From a virus (lineage: Duplodnaviria > Caudoviricetes): a stretch of DNA of 57,978 bases. Made by a program: the position numbers and the translations under genes. This document shows, one piece after another, positions 46,942 through 55,818 of the stretch. The notes under the pieces were generated by a model that saw nothing but the letters and a program-made list of their open reading frames with translations, was not told the DNA's origin and did not search any database. Within the stretch, counting starts at the first letter, position 1, and the number at the start of each line of letters is the position of its first letter. The stretch lies in the IMG/VR virus record IMGVR_UViG_3300025832_000009, positions 1 through 57,978 of that record; one strand, 5' to 3'.

Positions 46942-49377
46942 TCACCTTGGCTCGAATTGAGCTAGGTCAAATCCATCTAAACTATCTTCAGAAGATTCAA
47001 AAGTAACAGGCGGTAAGTTATTTTTTCTTTGCTCTATTAGTTTTGATTGCTCTGTATTAGCTTGAGTTATTCTTTCTGACTTGGCTTTTTCGCGTTGTGT
47101 TTCTCTAGTTTTTAAACCTTCAACCTCAACACCTTTTAATTTCATGTTAAGATCAAACTCTAAGTTCATCAACTCAGCTTTTATTGCTGCCTCACCTTGC
47201 ATTCTTTTAACAGAGAATTGAGCCTTGGCCTCTTCTATTTGCATAGTGGCTTGAGTCTCCATCTGTATTTTTTGCATTGCAGTTTGCGCGGCCATTTGTT
47301 GAGACTGCATATTTATCTGTCCCTGTTGTTCAGCTGCTGCTGATTTTTGTTGCTGTTCTAAATCTTGTTTAGCTTTACGTTTAAGCTTTAATACTTGATT
47401 AGCTAATTTTATATTTCTTATTTCTCTAATATCAATAGCGTCCTCTAAGTTTATAGAATCTCTTTGAAGAGCCATTTGAATATTAGCTTCCAACATTCTT
47501 TTTTCTTCTTCGTCTGGAACTATTTCTATAAAGATTCCAAAATCACTTAAGTATAAATCTTTAATCTCCTCTATTAGACCAACATTAAATTTACCTATTT
47601 GATTTACAAATTCTTCTTTAAAGTCAGAATACTGAAGCATATCTGCAATTCTACTAGACAATGCTGTACATAGTCTTTGTGACATATGAAGACTCGCATC
47701 TAATATATGTCTTGTTGCAGTGTTACTGCTTAAAGCTGCTAACTTTTGTAATCCAACTAATGCATAAGAATCTGGAGTAGCTCCATCTCTAGCTTCATTT
47801 AGACCAGTTACATCTCTAAGCATTGATAAGTAGTGATTGTAACTACCTATAAGACTTTGAATTTTTGCTTGACCAGAATTACTATTTAATTGTTGAATAG
47901 GAATTTTAGCTTGATTGTAATCTCCATCTTGAGTGTAACTTCTACCAATAACACTACCCGTTTGAAAAAACATTCTTAATGCATCTTCAGGATTATATGC
48001 TTGACCTGTTCCAAGATCTACTTCACTTAATCCATCAGCATCAATATATACACCATCTGGTACGACTCTAGATATTACTTGCTGTAACTTTAAGTGTGTA
48101 ATCTGTATTAAATCAGCAAAGGTTATCATTCTTCTAACCAAAGATTCTAAAGCTCCTTTATACATTCTTGGAGCAGAAGCTACAAACTCTGGATATACTT
48201 CTTGAGATGCTGATTGTGGTCTAGCCATGTTTTCTGACATTTCCCATTTAAGCAAAATGTTAGTACCCATAACCATAACACCCTCATACCAAACATCAAT
48301 AGTTTTAGAAATTTTTTCAAAGTTCCCTTCATCCATCATTTCTTCTGTAGGATTAAAAGTATCATCTTTTTCAATTACTCTTTCAGCTCCTGCTGCATTC
48401 ACTTTCTTTTTGTAGGTAAATGTTTTGGTGGTTTTATAGTTAAAAAACAAAACAGTACAACTGTCTTTGCTAAACAAACTATTATTATAATATTGAGCTG
48501 TATTGTTGTAGTCATACCAGCTTTGTGAATAATTAGATATCTCTTCCATATCAGCCCTAGTTAAGCTAGGGTCAATCTTCATCAACTCAATAATTGGTAG
48601 TGTTTTAATTTCACCCCAGTAGAAACAATCTTGAAAATTAGGGTCTTCAGTATAACTGTAAACTACACTAGCAGGGTCAACATACTCTACTTTTATTCCA
48701 GCTCCAGGCTGAAAACTATTTTTACATATTTGTATTCCTAAAACAGTTTGATCGTAATATAATCTTTTTTGTATTTCATTATATCTATTTTCTGCCAATA
48801 CAGTATTAACAGCTTCTTCTTCAGCTATTTCTATTGAAGGCTTATATTTCATTTGCATATGAAGCGCCAGTTCTTCTGAAGTATTTGGAACTTCTTCTTC
48901 AGACATAGCAAAAGTGTTTACACCAAACTGCTCTTGAACCTGCTTCATCATGTCTTTAGCAAGCATATCTTTTTCTAGATTTACTTGATACTTACTTCTT
49001 TTATCCAAAGACATTCCGTCCTGAGCATACGCGTTTACAGTAAACACCCTGTCTGCCATACCGTTAACTACAATATCAACAAACTTAGGAATAATAGGTA
49101 CAGGTGTCCAGTCTAAGTTAAGATAACTTAAATCTCCATCTACAGCTAGTTCATTCTTGTACTTCTGAATAGACTGTTCTCCTCTAGCATAAAGTCTTAA
49201 TCTATGGAAATCAGCCCATTGATTATAGAACCTACTTTGACCACCATCTTTTCTAAACCATTCGTATTGAATAGCTTGACCTATTTGTAATCCAAATTCA
49301 AAAGACTTTTTTTCTGCGTCAGAAACAAATTGACTAGGGAATCCTGTAGGATTAATATTTACTTTTACGTCCTTCAT
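46942..49377 (-). CDS. Portal protein
   Basis: 811 aa after terminase; PIIPKFVDIV, TGLNEARDG; Q-rich C-terminal barrel. Confidence 0.88.
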   Translation of the reverse strand: MKDVKVNINPTGFPSQFVSDAEKKSFEFGLQIGQAIQYEWFRKDGGQSRFYNQWADFHRLRLYARGEQSIQKYKNELAVDGDLSYLNLDWTPVPIIPKFVDIVVNGMADRVFTVNAYAQDGMSLDKRSKYQVNLEKDMLAKDMMKQVQEQFGVNTFAMSEEEVPNTSEELALHMQMKYKPSIEIAEEEAVNTVLAENRYNEIQKRLYYDQTVLGIQICKNSFQPGAGIKVEYVDPASVVYSYTEDPNFQDCFYWGEIKTLPIIELMKIDPSLTRADMEEISNYSQSWYDYNNTAQYYNNSLFSKDSCTVLFFNYKTTKTFTYKKKVNAAGAERVIEKDDTFNPTEEMMDEGNFEKISKTIDVWYEGVMVMGTNILLKWEMSENMARPQSASQEVYPEFVASAPRMYKGALESLVRRMITFADLIQITHLKLQQVISRVVPDGVYIDADGLSEVDLGTGQAYNPEDALRMFFQTGSVIGRSYTQDGDYNQAKIPIQQLNSNSGQAKIQSLIGSYNHYLSMLRDVTGLNEARDGATPDSYALVGLQKLAALSSNTATRHILDASLHMSQRLCTALSSRIADMLQYSDFKEEFVNQIGKFNVGLIEEIKDLYLSDFGIFIEIVPDEEEKRMLEANIQMALQRDSINLEDAIDIREIRNIKLANQVLKLKRKAKQDLEQQQKSAAAEQQGQINMQSQQMAAQTAMQKIQMETQATMQIEEAKAQFSVKRMQGEAAIKAELMNLEFDLNMKLKGVEVEGLKTRETQREKAKSERITQANTEQSKLIEQRKNNLPPVTFESSEDSLDGFDLAQFEPR

Positions 49378-51624
49378 TTATCTTAAAATTTGGCTGTAAC
49401 TTCCATTATTATCATATTTAGCAAAGTTAAGTTTTATTTTTGATTTCTTTTTTAAAGGTTGATATAGTGTTTTTTGACAAGCCATTATAGCTAATCCAGA
49501 GCTAATTGAAGCATCAAACTTAGTTCTATTGTTTATATTGAATCTAGCCCAGTCTTCTAGAGTCCTTGTGAAATACATAGAGCCTATTGCATCAGGATCT
49601 CTGTAAGTTCCTTGCATATCAAATCCTACATGCTTTTCTATGTAAGACTCTATTGCTGCTGCGTGAGCCTGCTTTATGTCTTCAGAACTGTTAGGCATCC
49701 CACCTAATTCCTTTTCTGTTACAGATAGTTTATTATATGGTTTATCAGGTCTATTAATACTATATTTTCTATACCCTCTATTTTTAAAATGATATAATAA
49801 CCTAGGTTTGTTATTTTCTATAAGTATGGGCATTCCATAAAAAACACAAGCCATTAATACATCTTCAAAAAACATTTCTGCCGTTTGAGGTCTAGCCACA
49901 TATTCTAGAAAAAACTCGTTAACAGGCCCTTCATCCATATGAAACTTTGTTAGTCCATGTAACGCCCCATTAGAAGCGCCACCACCAACAGTACCTGATA
50001 TATCGTAACTATCACAACCAAAAGCCCCCATGTGTTCATTACCAGGAAGTTTTAGTCCGTTTCTTGTATTGTAATTATTCTGTAGCTGTTTGTTTGGAGT
50101 CCAAGATATTAAAAACCTTCCTTTTTGATTAGGGCTAAATATAACCTGAGTATCTTTTACACCATCTTTCCATGAAAAAGAACCTCTTGTTAAAAACCTG
50201 TCTTTTATTAAAGAATCGTTATAATCTATTTGCTGATATATCTTAGTTAAATTAAATAATGATTGCTTACTCTCATCTCTAAACGCATGAGATTCAGTTC
50301 TTGGAAACTGTCTATAAAATTCGTTTAATGCATCAGGGTCATTTTTTAAACTATCTACTTCAGCCTCCCAATAATCAACTGCACCTTGTGTTATATATTC
50401 TCCATCTATTCCTATTATTGGATTTTTTGGAGTTCTAAATACAGGCATTCCATATCTATCTATAAAACCTTCCATGTTATATTCCATTGGAATAAACAAA
50501 CTATACAAACCACTCTTAGTTTGTCCATTACGGTTTCTGTTATTGACTTTAGAATCAAAGTATAATTTCTTACCATTGTCCCCACCTTTTTCTAATGCAT
50601 TAGCAGTAGAACCCATCATACATTTTCCAATAACTTTGCTACCTAAACGCAAACACGTTTTTGTAACCCTCCAGTTATTTAAAATATTATTTGGCTTCTC
50701 CCATTTCTTAGATTCATCATGAATCAATAGCTTTAATTTTTCCCCATCATAACTGTTATCCCCTGTATTTTTCCAGTCAATAGAAGTGTCTAGTCCCTCA
50801 ACAATGGTTTCGTCTTCCTCATACATATTTTTTTTAGTAATCTTAGAAGCAGGAACTCTAAACGCTAGTTCTGTCTTAGGCTTATCCATACCGTCTTGTA
50901 CGGGTTTAAAAAAGAAAGGGTAATTATTTACAATTGGAACAACTTTATCTGTAAACATTTTTTTAGCATCAGCTCCTGTCTTAGACAAAATACCTATCCT
51001 AGCATCTTTACTTATTGTTCCTATGTTACTAGCCTCTTCACTAGCCATATAAGAAAATCCTGAACGCCTTATCTTTAAATAGTCTTGACCAAAACTTCGT
51101 TTATCTGCTTTGCATGCTTCCCAGTGTAAATAAAATACTCTGTTAGCATCTCTGTATTCTGGAAGCCCAACATCTATTTTAGTCCATTGAATATACATAT
51201 AATGAGATCCTGTGATATATGTAGGAACACCATTATTCATGAACCAAAATCCATCTTCTCTTCTGTCGAATTCCTGTTCAATGTAATCTACCCATTCATT
51301 CTTAAAAGATAATGATGTGTTATGCCATTGAAATATAGATTTAATTTTATGCAATACTTTGGGGTAGTCAAAAGGTTCCCAGTATTGTTCTTTCTTTTCT
51401 TTGCTTCTTGAATGTATTTTTTCAGGAGGCTTTGGCAGTCCTATTTTTAAGCCTTCAATTTCAACTATGTCTTGAATCTGACCAGTCTTTGATATAACTA
51501 TAAAGTCATACTTTTCATTATAACCATAAACCCAGGCCTTACCTTTGTTTTTAGTGGTTATAACACTTTTAGGAATAAAATTATTTAATTCCTTAATTAA
51601 GCTATGTTGCTCTTCCTTCTGCAA
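49378..51624 (-). CDS. terL: Terminase large subunit
   Basis: KIRRSGFS Walker A variant, LIHDE Walker B, GST, nuclease GCDSYD, ENN, FDA. Confidence 0.92.
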   Translation of the reverse strand: MQKEEQHSLIKELNNFIPKSVITTKNKGKAWVYGYNEKYDFIVISKTGQIQDIVEIEGLKIGLPKPPEKIHSRSKEKKEQYWEPFDYPKVLHKIKSIFQWHNTSLSFKNEWVDYIEQEFDRREDGFWFMNNGVPTYITGSHYMYIQWTKIDVGLPEYRDANRVFYLHWEACKADKRSFGQDYLKIRRSGFSYMASEEASNIGTISKDARIGILSKTGADAKKMFTDKVVPIVNNYPFFFKPVQDGMDKPKTELAFRVPASKITKKNMYEEDETIVEGLDTSIDWKNTGDNSYDGEKLKLLIHDESKKWEKPNNILNNWRVTKTCLRLGSKVIGKCMMGSTANALEKGGDNGKKLYFDSKVNNRNRNGQTKSGLYSLFIPMEYNMEGFIDRYGMPVFRTPKNPIIGIDGEYITQGAVDYWEAEVDSLKNDPDALNEFYRQFPRTESHAFRDESKQSLFNLTKIYQQIDYNDSLIKDRFLTRGSFSWKDGVKDTQVIFSPNQKGRFLISWTPNKQLQNNYNTRNGLKLPGNEHMGAFGCDSYDISGTVGGGASNGALHGLTKFHMDEGPVNEFFLEYVARPQTAEMFFEDVLMACVFYGMPILIENNKPRLLYHFKNRGYRKYSINRPDKPYNKLSVTEKELGGMPNSSEDIKQAHAAAIESYIEKHVGFDMQGTYRDPDAIGSMYFTRTLEDWARFNINNRTKFDASISSGLAIMACQKTLYQPLKKKSKIKLNFAKYDNNGSYSQILR

Positions 51625-51877
51625 ATCCTCTTTTTGGTTTTTTTACTTCTTTACTAACTCCCTCAATTTCATTCTTTTCCAATTCTATTCTGCTCAGTAT
51701 TTCAAAAGCATCAAATATAGCCAGTTTTTTTGTAGCCGCTGCATTCTTTAGCTTGTCTGCCGCTAACTCATCATCTTCCCCGTATTTTATAATATCTTCT
51801 CCAGCAACCTTTATTAATTCATTAACTGCTTTTTCACCTGCTTTTATAATCTTTAACTTAATCTTATTTACATCCAT
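51602..51877 (-). CDS. Probable terminase small subunit
   Basis: Small helical ORF overlapping the terL start. Confidence 0.45.
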   Translation of the reverse strand: MDVNKIKLKIIKAGEKAVNELIKVAGEDIIKYGEDDELAADKLKNAAATKKLAIFDAFEILSRIELEKNEIEGVSKEVKKPKRGFAEGRAT

Positions 51878-51878
51878 A

Positions 51879-52442
51879 TTATATAGCTAAAGTTATTTGA
51901 TGGTCAAACATTCTATACAGTTTTTCTCCATCTACCATAAACTCATATTCGCTTTCAGGCTTAAAAGAAACTTTGTCTCCATTGTTAACACCCTTACTAA
52001 CTAGGTATTTGTTTGAGTATTTAACTAGACCCATTAACGGTTCTTCTTCTTCGTGGCTTTTTAGGTAGTAGTCTTCTTTTTTTACAGGCTTAATCATACA
52101 ATATTTAGAATGTGAATTCCAAGTATCATTATTTTTGTACATAAAAAATTGATCGTTGTCTATAAAAAATAAATCATCTTTAAAAAAACTTTTTCCGCTT
52201 TTCTCTCTACCCTTCATGTCATTATAATATTTAAAAACATTATGATGAACTAAAAGAGTATCTCCTATTTGAACAGGACCATTATAGTTTATTGGAGTCT
52301 CAATGACTATTGCGTATCTGTTAGATGCAGTGTGGTCTTCTTTTGAAGTGCTGGTAATAAAGTCTATGTTACCAATCTTTTTTGTGTTGTCGTATCTCCT
52401 ATCGTCTTTAGGTTTTACTATAAAATAAAAAGGTGATTTCAT
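51879..52442 (-). CDS. Tandem GroES-like-domain protein
   Basis: Two repeats: FIVKP...AIV..P....VQIGD..V.HN and CMIKP...GLVKY...GVNNGD.V.F....E.E...DGEKLYRM. Confidence 0.6.
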   Translation of the reverse strand: MKSPFYFIVKPKDDRRYDNTKKIGNIDFITSTSKEDHTASNRYAIVIETPINYNGPVQIGDTLLVHHNVFKYYNDMKGREKSGKSFFKDDLFFIDNDQFFMYKNNDTWNSHSKYCMIKPVKKEDYYLKSHEEEEPLMGLVKYSNKYLVSKGVNNGDKVSFKPESEYEFMVDGEKLYRMFDHQITLAI

Positions 52443-52672
52443 TCAAAATATATATTGTACTCAATTGAAACAGGCATAGAAGAATTAAATTCTTTCCAAA
52501 GAAATATTTCTCCTTTTTTGTTTTCAATAAAAATAGTTAGTGATTGATTTGATTCATTTTTCTTAATTAAATGAATCATATGAGTACCACCAAATATCTC
52601 TTGATCTACAATATAATGCATAGCTCCTGACTTATAATCAGCACCTATTGATATTTTTCTAATTTGTTCCAT
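52439..52672 (-). CDS. Hypothetical protein (IRKISIG.DYK..AMHY)
   Basis: First gene of the packaging operon; TATATTTG box at 52689-52696. Confidence 0.7.
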   Translation of the reverse strand: MEQIRKISIGADYKSGAMHYIVDQEIFGGTHMIHLIKKNESNQSLTIFIENKKGEIFLWKEFNSSMPVSIEYNIYFE

Positions 52673-52699
52673 TTAATTTAATTTACAACAAATATAAAC

Positions 52700-52730
52700 A
52701 AAAAAAAATACCTCCGAATCAACAGAGGTA
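52700..52730 (-). terminator. Rho-independent terminator
   Basis: TACCTC...GAGGTA stem plus T-run. Confidence 0.6.
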
Positions 52731-52741
52731 CTTTGTTAGAA

Positions 52742-52820
52742 GCAAGCAGCAAACCATCCCTTGGACTATCCAAGGAGCGAACCACGCCTTAGACTAGCTA
52801 AGGCTCAAACCACTGCTTGC
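52742..52820 (-). ncRNA. Pseudo-symmetric three-way-junction element
   Basis: 8-bp closing stem, two homologous hairpins with a compensatory change, three C(A/G)AACCA linkers at 28-nt period. Confidence 0.6.
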
Positions 52821-52827
52821 ACTTATG

Positions 52828-53823
52828 TTAACTTACAGTTCTTGAAATCATAGAACTATGTCCCTGAGCTATTTGATAGGCCTGTATTTCTGATGTCCCA
52901 CTCAGGTCGCTCTGGTATTGAAATGTAATTGCGTCTGATAAATCCCCCATTATGTATGGAGTTTGTTTATTTGTATTTGTCCAAGTAGGGTTCGGTATTC
53001 CTATAGCAAACTTAAAATATGCTTTTCTCGACTTGCTTGTGCTATCCCAAGGAGTATTTGTATTAAACCTATTTTGTGCAGTCCCTGATTTTAACAAGCA
53101 CCTAAAACCTAGGTCGTTATTAATAGTTACAGGAAACGAAGTAAACGGCGTTAAAAGGTCACCTTTATCAAATAGAAATTGCAGGGGATTTATAGGCACT
53201 TCTACATAAGCCGTGCTGTTTACAGTTTTAAAGTCTGTAATAGTTACCCCTGGAGTGACCACTGGGTTTTGAAATTTTTGCACGTAGTTCAAATCCCCGT
53301 TAAAATTCCATTCTGTAGTTATTGGGAATAATTCACTGGGATTGCCTTGATCGTCAACATAGTTTTGAGGTGATGAACACCAATTACTTCCTGGAAAATT
53401 TGTTTGTATATATTGGCCATTCAAGTGGGAGGGGTGAACATAATTTCCGCGCTTAAACGGGGTTCCACCATCGGACGTATTTGATGGTCTATATCTAAAT
53501 AAGAAAAGCCTCGGGTTATTATCTAACCATCTTTTGTCGAACTGGGTAGGGACACTAATACACAACGCCCTTTGTTTTAATGATGGGCCAGAGGCTTGAT
53601 ATGGATTTGGACTACCTGACTTATACACCCACATTTGAGGTGTAGGTATTTGTATACCGCCAACATAAGAAGAATTTCCAATAAACTCTGCTATATCATC
53701 AAATTTAAATGTTTTTGTTTGCAAAGGGGTTGGAGATGAACTTCCATGTGTTCCAATAACATAATCATCTCCATTTACTGGATTTTGATTAGGGTAACTA
53801 TTTGTGTTACTTATTTTTGCCAT
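52828..53823 (-). CDS. Fibre/decoration protein, paralogue A
   Basis: N-terminus MAKISN.SYP...DY.IGT...LQTK.F...DIAEF shared with the next gene. Confidence 0.6.
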   Translation of the reverse strand: MAKISNTNSYPNQNPVNGDDYVIGTHGSSSPTPLQTKTFKFDDIAEFIGNSSYVGGIQIPTPQMWVYKSGSPNPYQASGPSLKQRALCISVPTQFDKRWLDNNPRLFLFRYRPSNTSDGGTPFKRGNYVHPSHLNGQYIQTNFPGSNWCSSPQNYVDDQGNPSELFPITTEWNFNGDLNYVQKFQNPVVTPGVTITDFKTVNSTAYVEVPINPLQFLFDKGDLLTPFTSFPVTINNDLGFRCLLKSGTAQNRFNTNTPWDSTSKSRKAYFKFAIGIPNPTWTNTNKQTPYIMGDLSDAITFQYQSDLSGTSEIQAYQIAQGHSSMISRTVS

Positions 53824-53824
53824 A

Positions 53825-54307
53825 CTATGATACTGCTTGTATTACAATCCAATTTGAACCATCAGACCAAAATTGCGCTCCGTTGTAAGGTTTGTTTACA
53901 TTATAAAAACTAGCACCATTTACAGTTTCTGCTCCAGGTCCTAATACATGTATTTTATCACTTGCATTTAGAGTTCCATCTGTTACAAGTCTTATTATTC
54001 TATAAGGAGTACTTGTTGCTGATGGTAGTGTTAATTCGTAAGTTCCATTACTACCTGTCCAAGTGGCGTATATTGTGTTTTTGCTTGAAGAGTAAGAGGA
54101 AGAACCTCCTGAACTAGCGGTTACTAAAAAAGGATTAGAAGTATCTACAGTTGTTTGATTTTGAACAAACTCAGCAATATCAGCGAGCGTAAATACTTTT
54201 GTTTGTAAAGAAGGGTTAGTAGCTACACCATCTGTACCAATTAAATAATCTTTAGCATTAACATCTGTTTTTACAGGATATGATGAAATGTTACTAATCT
54301 TTGCCAT
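53825..54307 (-). CDS. Fibre/decoration protein, paralogue B
   Basis: Shared N-terminus; LTLP...SDGSNW fibre motif; TATCTTTG box at 54331-54338. Confidence 0.65.
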   Translation of the reverse strand: MAKISNISSYPVKTDVNAKDYLIGTDGVATNPSLQTKVFTLADIAEFVQNQTTVDTSNPFLVTASSGGSSSYSSSKNTIYATWTGSNGTYELTLPSATSTPYRIIRLVTDGTLNASDKIHVLGPGAETVNGASFYNVNKPYNGAQFWSDGSNWIVIQAVS

Positions 54308-54352
54308 TTTTTTTATTTTAATTCTTTTAACAAAGATACATATTATTCTTTT

Positions 54353-54829
54353 CTATTTTTTAAATGTCTTCATTACCTTTTCTATTCCTCTTGAACCAAA
54401 GTAAAATATAGTCATTGTACCAAACAACGACTGTATTACAGGAACGTATGCCTTGTCTATTGTAAACTCACCTAGGTTTCCATCAAAGAATACACAGGCT
54501 AAAAACATAATAAACATAGCACCAGTAAGTACAGGCCTAATTAACCTTGTTACGGCATGCTCGTTATCCATGGAAAGTCTTTTGGTAACCTCAACCATTT
54601 CAATCATGTCGTTCTCCATTTCCTGTAGGAGAATACTCTTGTCTGGCTCACTAAGGTTCTTGTCGCCTCGTATAGCTGTCCCTAATGAGTTTAATTGCTT
54701 TATCCCTGTTATGTTACCAGCTAGGTCTAAAAGTTCAGGAGAAACGCTCTTACCCTGTTTAACTAGCCAACGAAGTGCATTCCCTACGTTAGTTCCCTTA
54801 CCGCCATTTTTTCTTTTATTGTCTTCCAT
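54353..54829 (-). CDS. Holin-like membrane protein (3TM/GTA type)
   Basis: IRP..., two TM helices, FYFGSRG.EK. Confidence 0.7.
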   Translation of the reverse strand: MEDNKRKNGGKGTNVGNALRWLVKQGKSVSPELLDLAGNITGIKQLNSLGTAIRGDKNLSEPDKSILLQEMENDMIEMVEVTKRLSMDNEHAVTRLIRPVLTGAMFIMFLACVFFDGNLGEFTIDKAYVPVIQSLFGTMTIFYFGSRGIEKVMKTFKK

Positions 54830-54830
54830 G

Positions 54831-55202
54831 TTAGTATGTCCACATTACTGATTGAGCCTTATCAAAGTCTATGTCTACGTGAATAAACGTACTTCCTACC
54901 CCTATTCTTTGAAATCCTGTCTCCTGTAATAAGAATATTAGGTTATACCTGTCCGTAGAGTTTGTGCATGATAGATCTGCTGCCAGTCCATACATATGGC
55001 TTGAACCCTTAGACGTCTCTGTCTTTGGCTTACCGCCAACTTTAGCGTTATGCTCTTCTGTTCGATATCCGCTGTTTATTTTTATAGGACTCCCTAGCTT
55101 ATCCCTAACCTCGTCTAGCATTTCAAGTAGGGTTTTACTCATTAAAGATCCGCTACCAGGTTTATCTGGGGAGTCAAACTCTGATGTTGTAAAATATTTC
55201 AT
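54831..55202 (-). CDS. Peptidase M15 endolysin
   Basis: INSGYR, HN..VGG, SSH..G.AAD, FIHVD. Confidence 0.9.
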   Translation of the reverse strand: MKYFTTSEFDSPDKPGSGSLMSKTLLEMLDEVRDKLGSPIKINSGYRTEEHNAKVGGKPKTETSKGSSHMYGLAADLSCTNSTDRYNLIFLLQETGFQRIGVGSTFIHVDIDFDKAQSVMWTY

Positions 55203-55354
55203 TTGTTTTCTTTATAATTCACATATATCCTTTGTGCGGTATAAACTATTGATCCTATTAATAGTATTAATTTTAATACGGCTTCTATTTTACTAAAAGA
55301 TACAGCTAATGTAATGCTGTTAAGCAGGTATATTTTCAAGTCTGATATGGTCAT
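55199..55354 (-). CDS. Small membrane protein (holin-like, 51 aa)
   Basis: Manual ORF MTISDLKIYLLNSITLAVSF...; ATGA-coupled to the endolysin. Confidence 0.6.
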   Translation of the reverse strand: MTISDLKIYLLNSITLAVSFSKIEAVLKLILLIGSIVYTAQRIYVNYKENK

Positions 55355-55464
55355 TTTATTAAACATTCTTTGGTTTGTAATTCATTTGAACATCAATCAA
55401 CCAGGAATTGTTTTGAAAAAAATAATATGCAGTTCTTGATTTCATATAAACAAAGTTACTAAAA

Positions 55465-55818
55465 TTATTCTTCACTATTTGTAGGTGGTACTTCTGCACC
55501 TCTTGGCCAACCCATAAAACTATGTGCCGCTGCATCCCCTGGGAACACTTCATACGTTCCGAAATCAAGTAGGTCGCTAGACATTACATCATAAGCCCAA
55601 CCATCGTAATAAACTGGAGGTGTAAGCTCGTGACCATCAGGACCGTAAGTCCCAGGTGTCTCAACCACCTTACCAATGTTTACCACTGCGGCTGTTCCGT
55701 TTGTAAACTGCATAGTAGTTACACCTTCTTCTGTTACCTCTTCCCATACCCCTTTGGATATTAGGATGTCTTTACCTTGTTGTTCTGTATCAAATACAGT
55801 CTTATAAATTTGCATCAT
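55465..55818 (-). CDS. Fibre-associated small protein
   Basis: Coupled to the fibre gene; GWAYDVMS...HSF.G. Confidence 0.6.
   Translation of the reverse strand: MMQIYKTVFDTEQQGKDILISKGVWEEVTEEGVTTMQFTNGTAAVVNIGKVVETPGTYGPDGHELTPPVYYDGWAYDVMSSDLLDFGTYEVFPGDAAAHSFMGWPRGAEVPPTNSEE

Noticed and set aside
52742-52820. Mini CRISPR array or tRNA
   Set aside because: The spacers are homologous palindromes, the constant part is only 7 bp, no cas genes are present, and there are no D or T loop signatures
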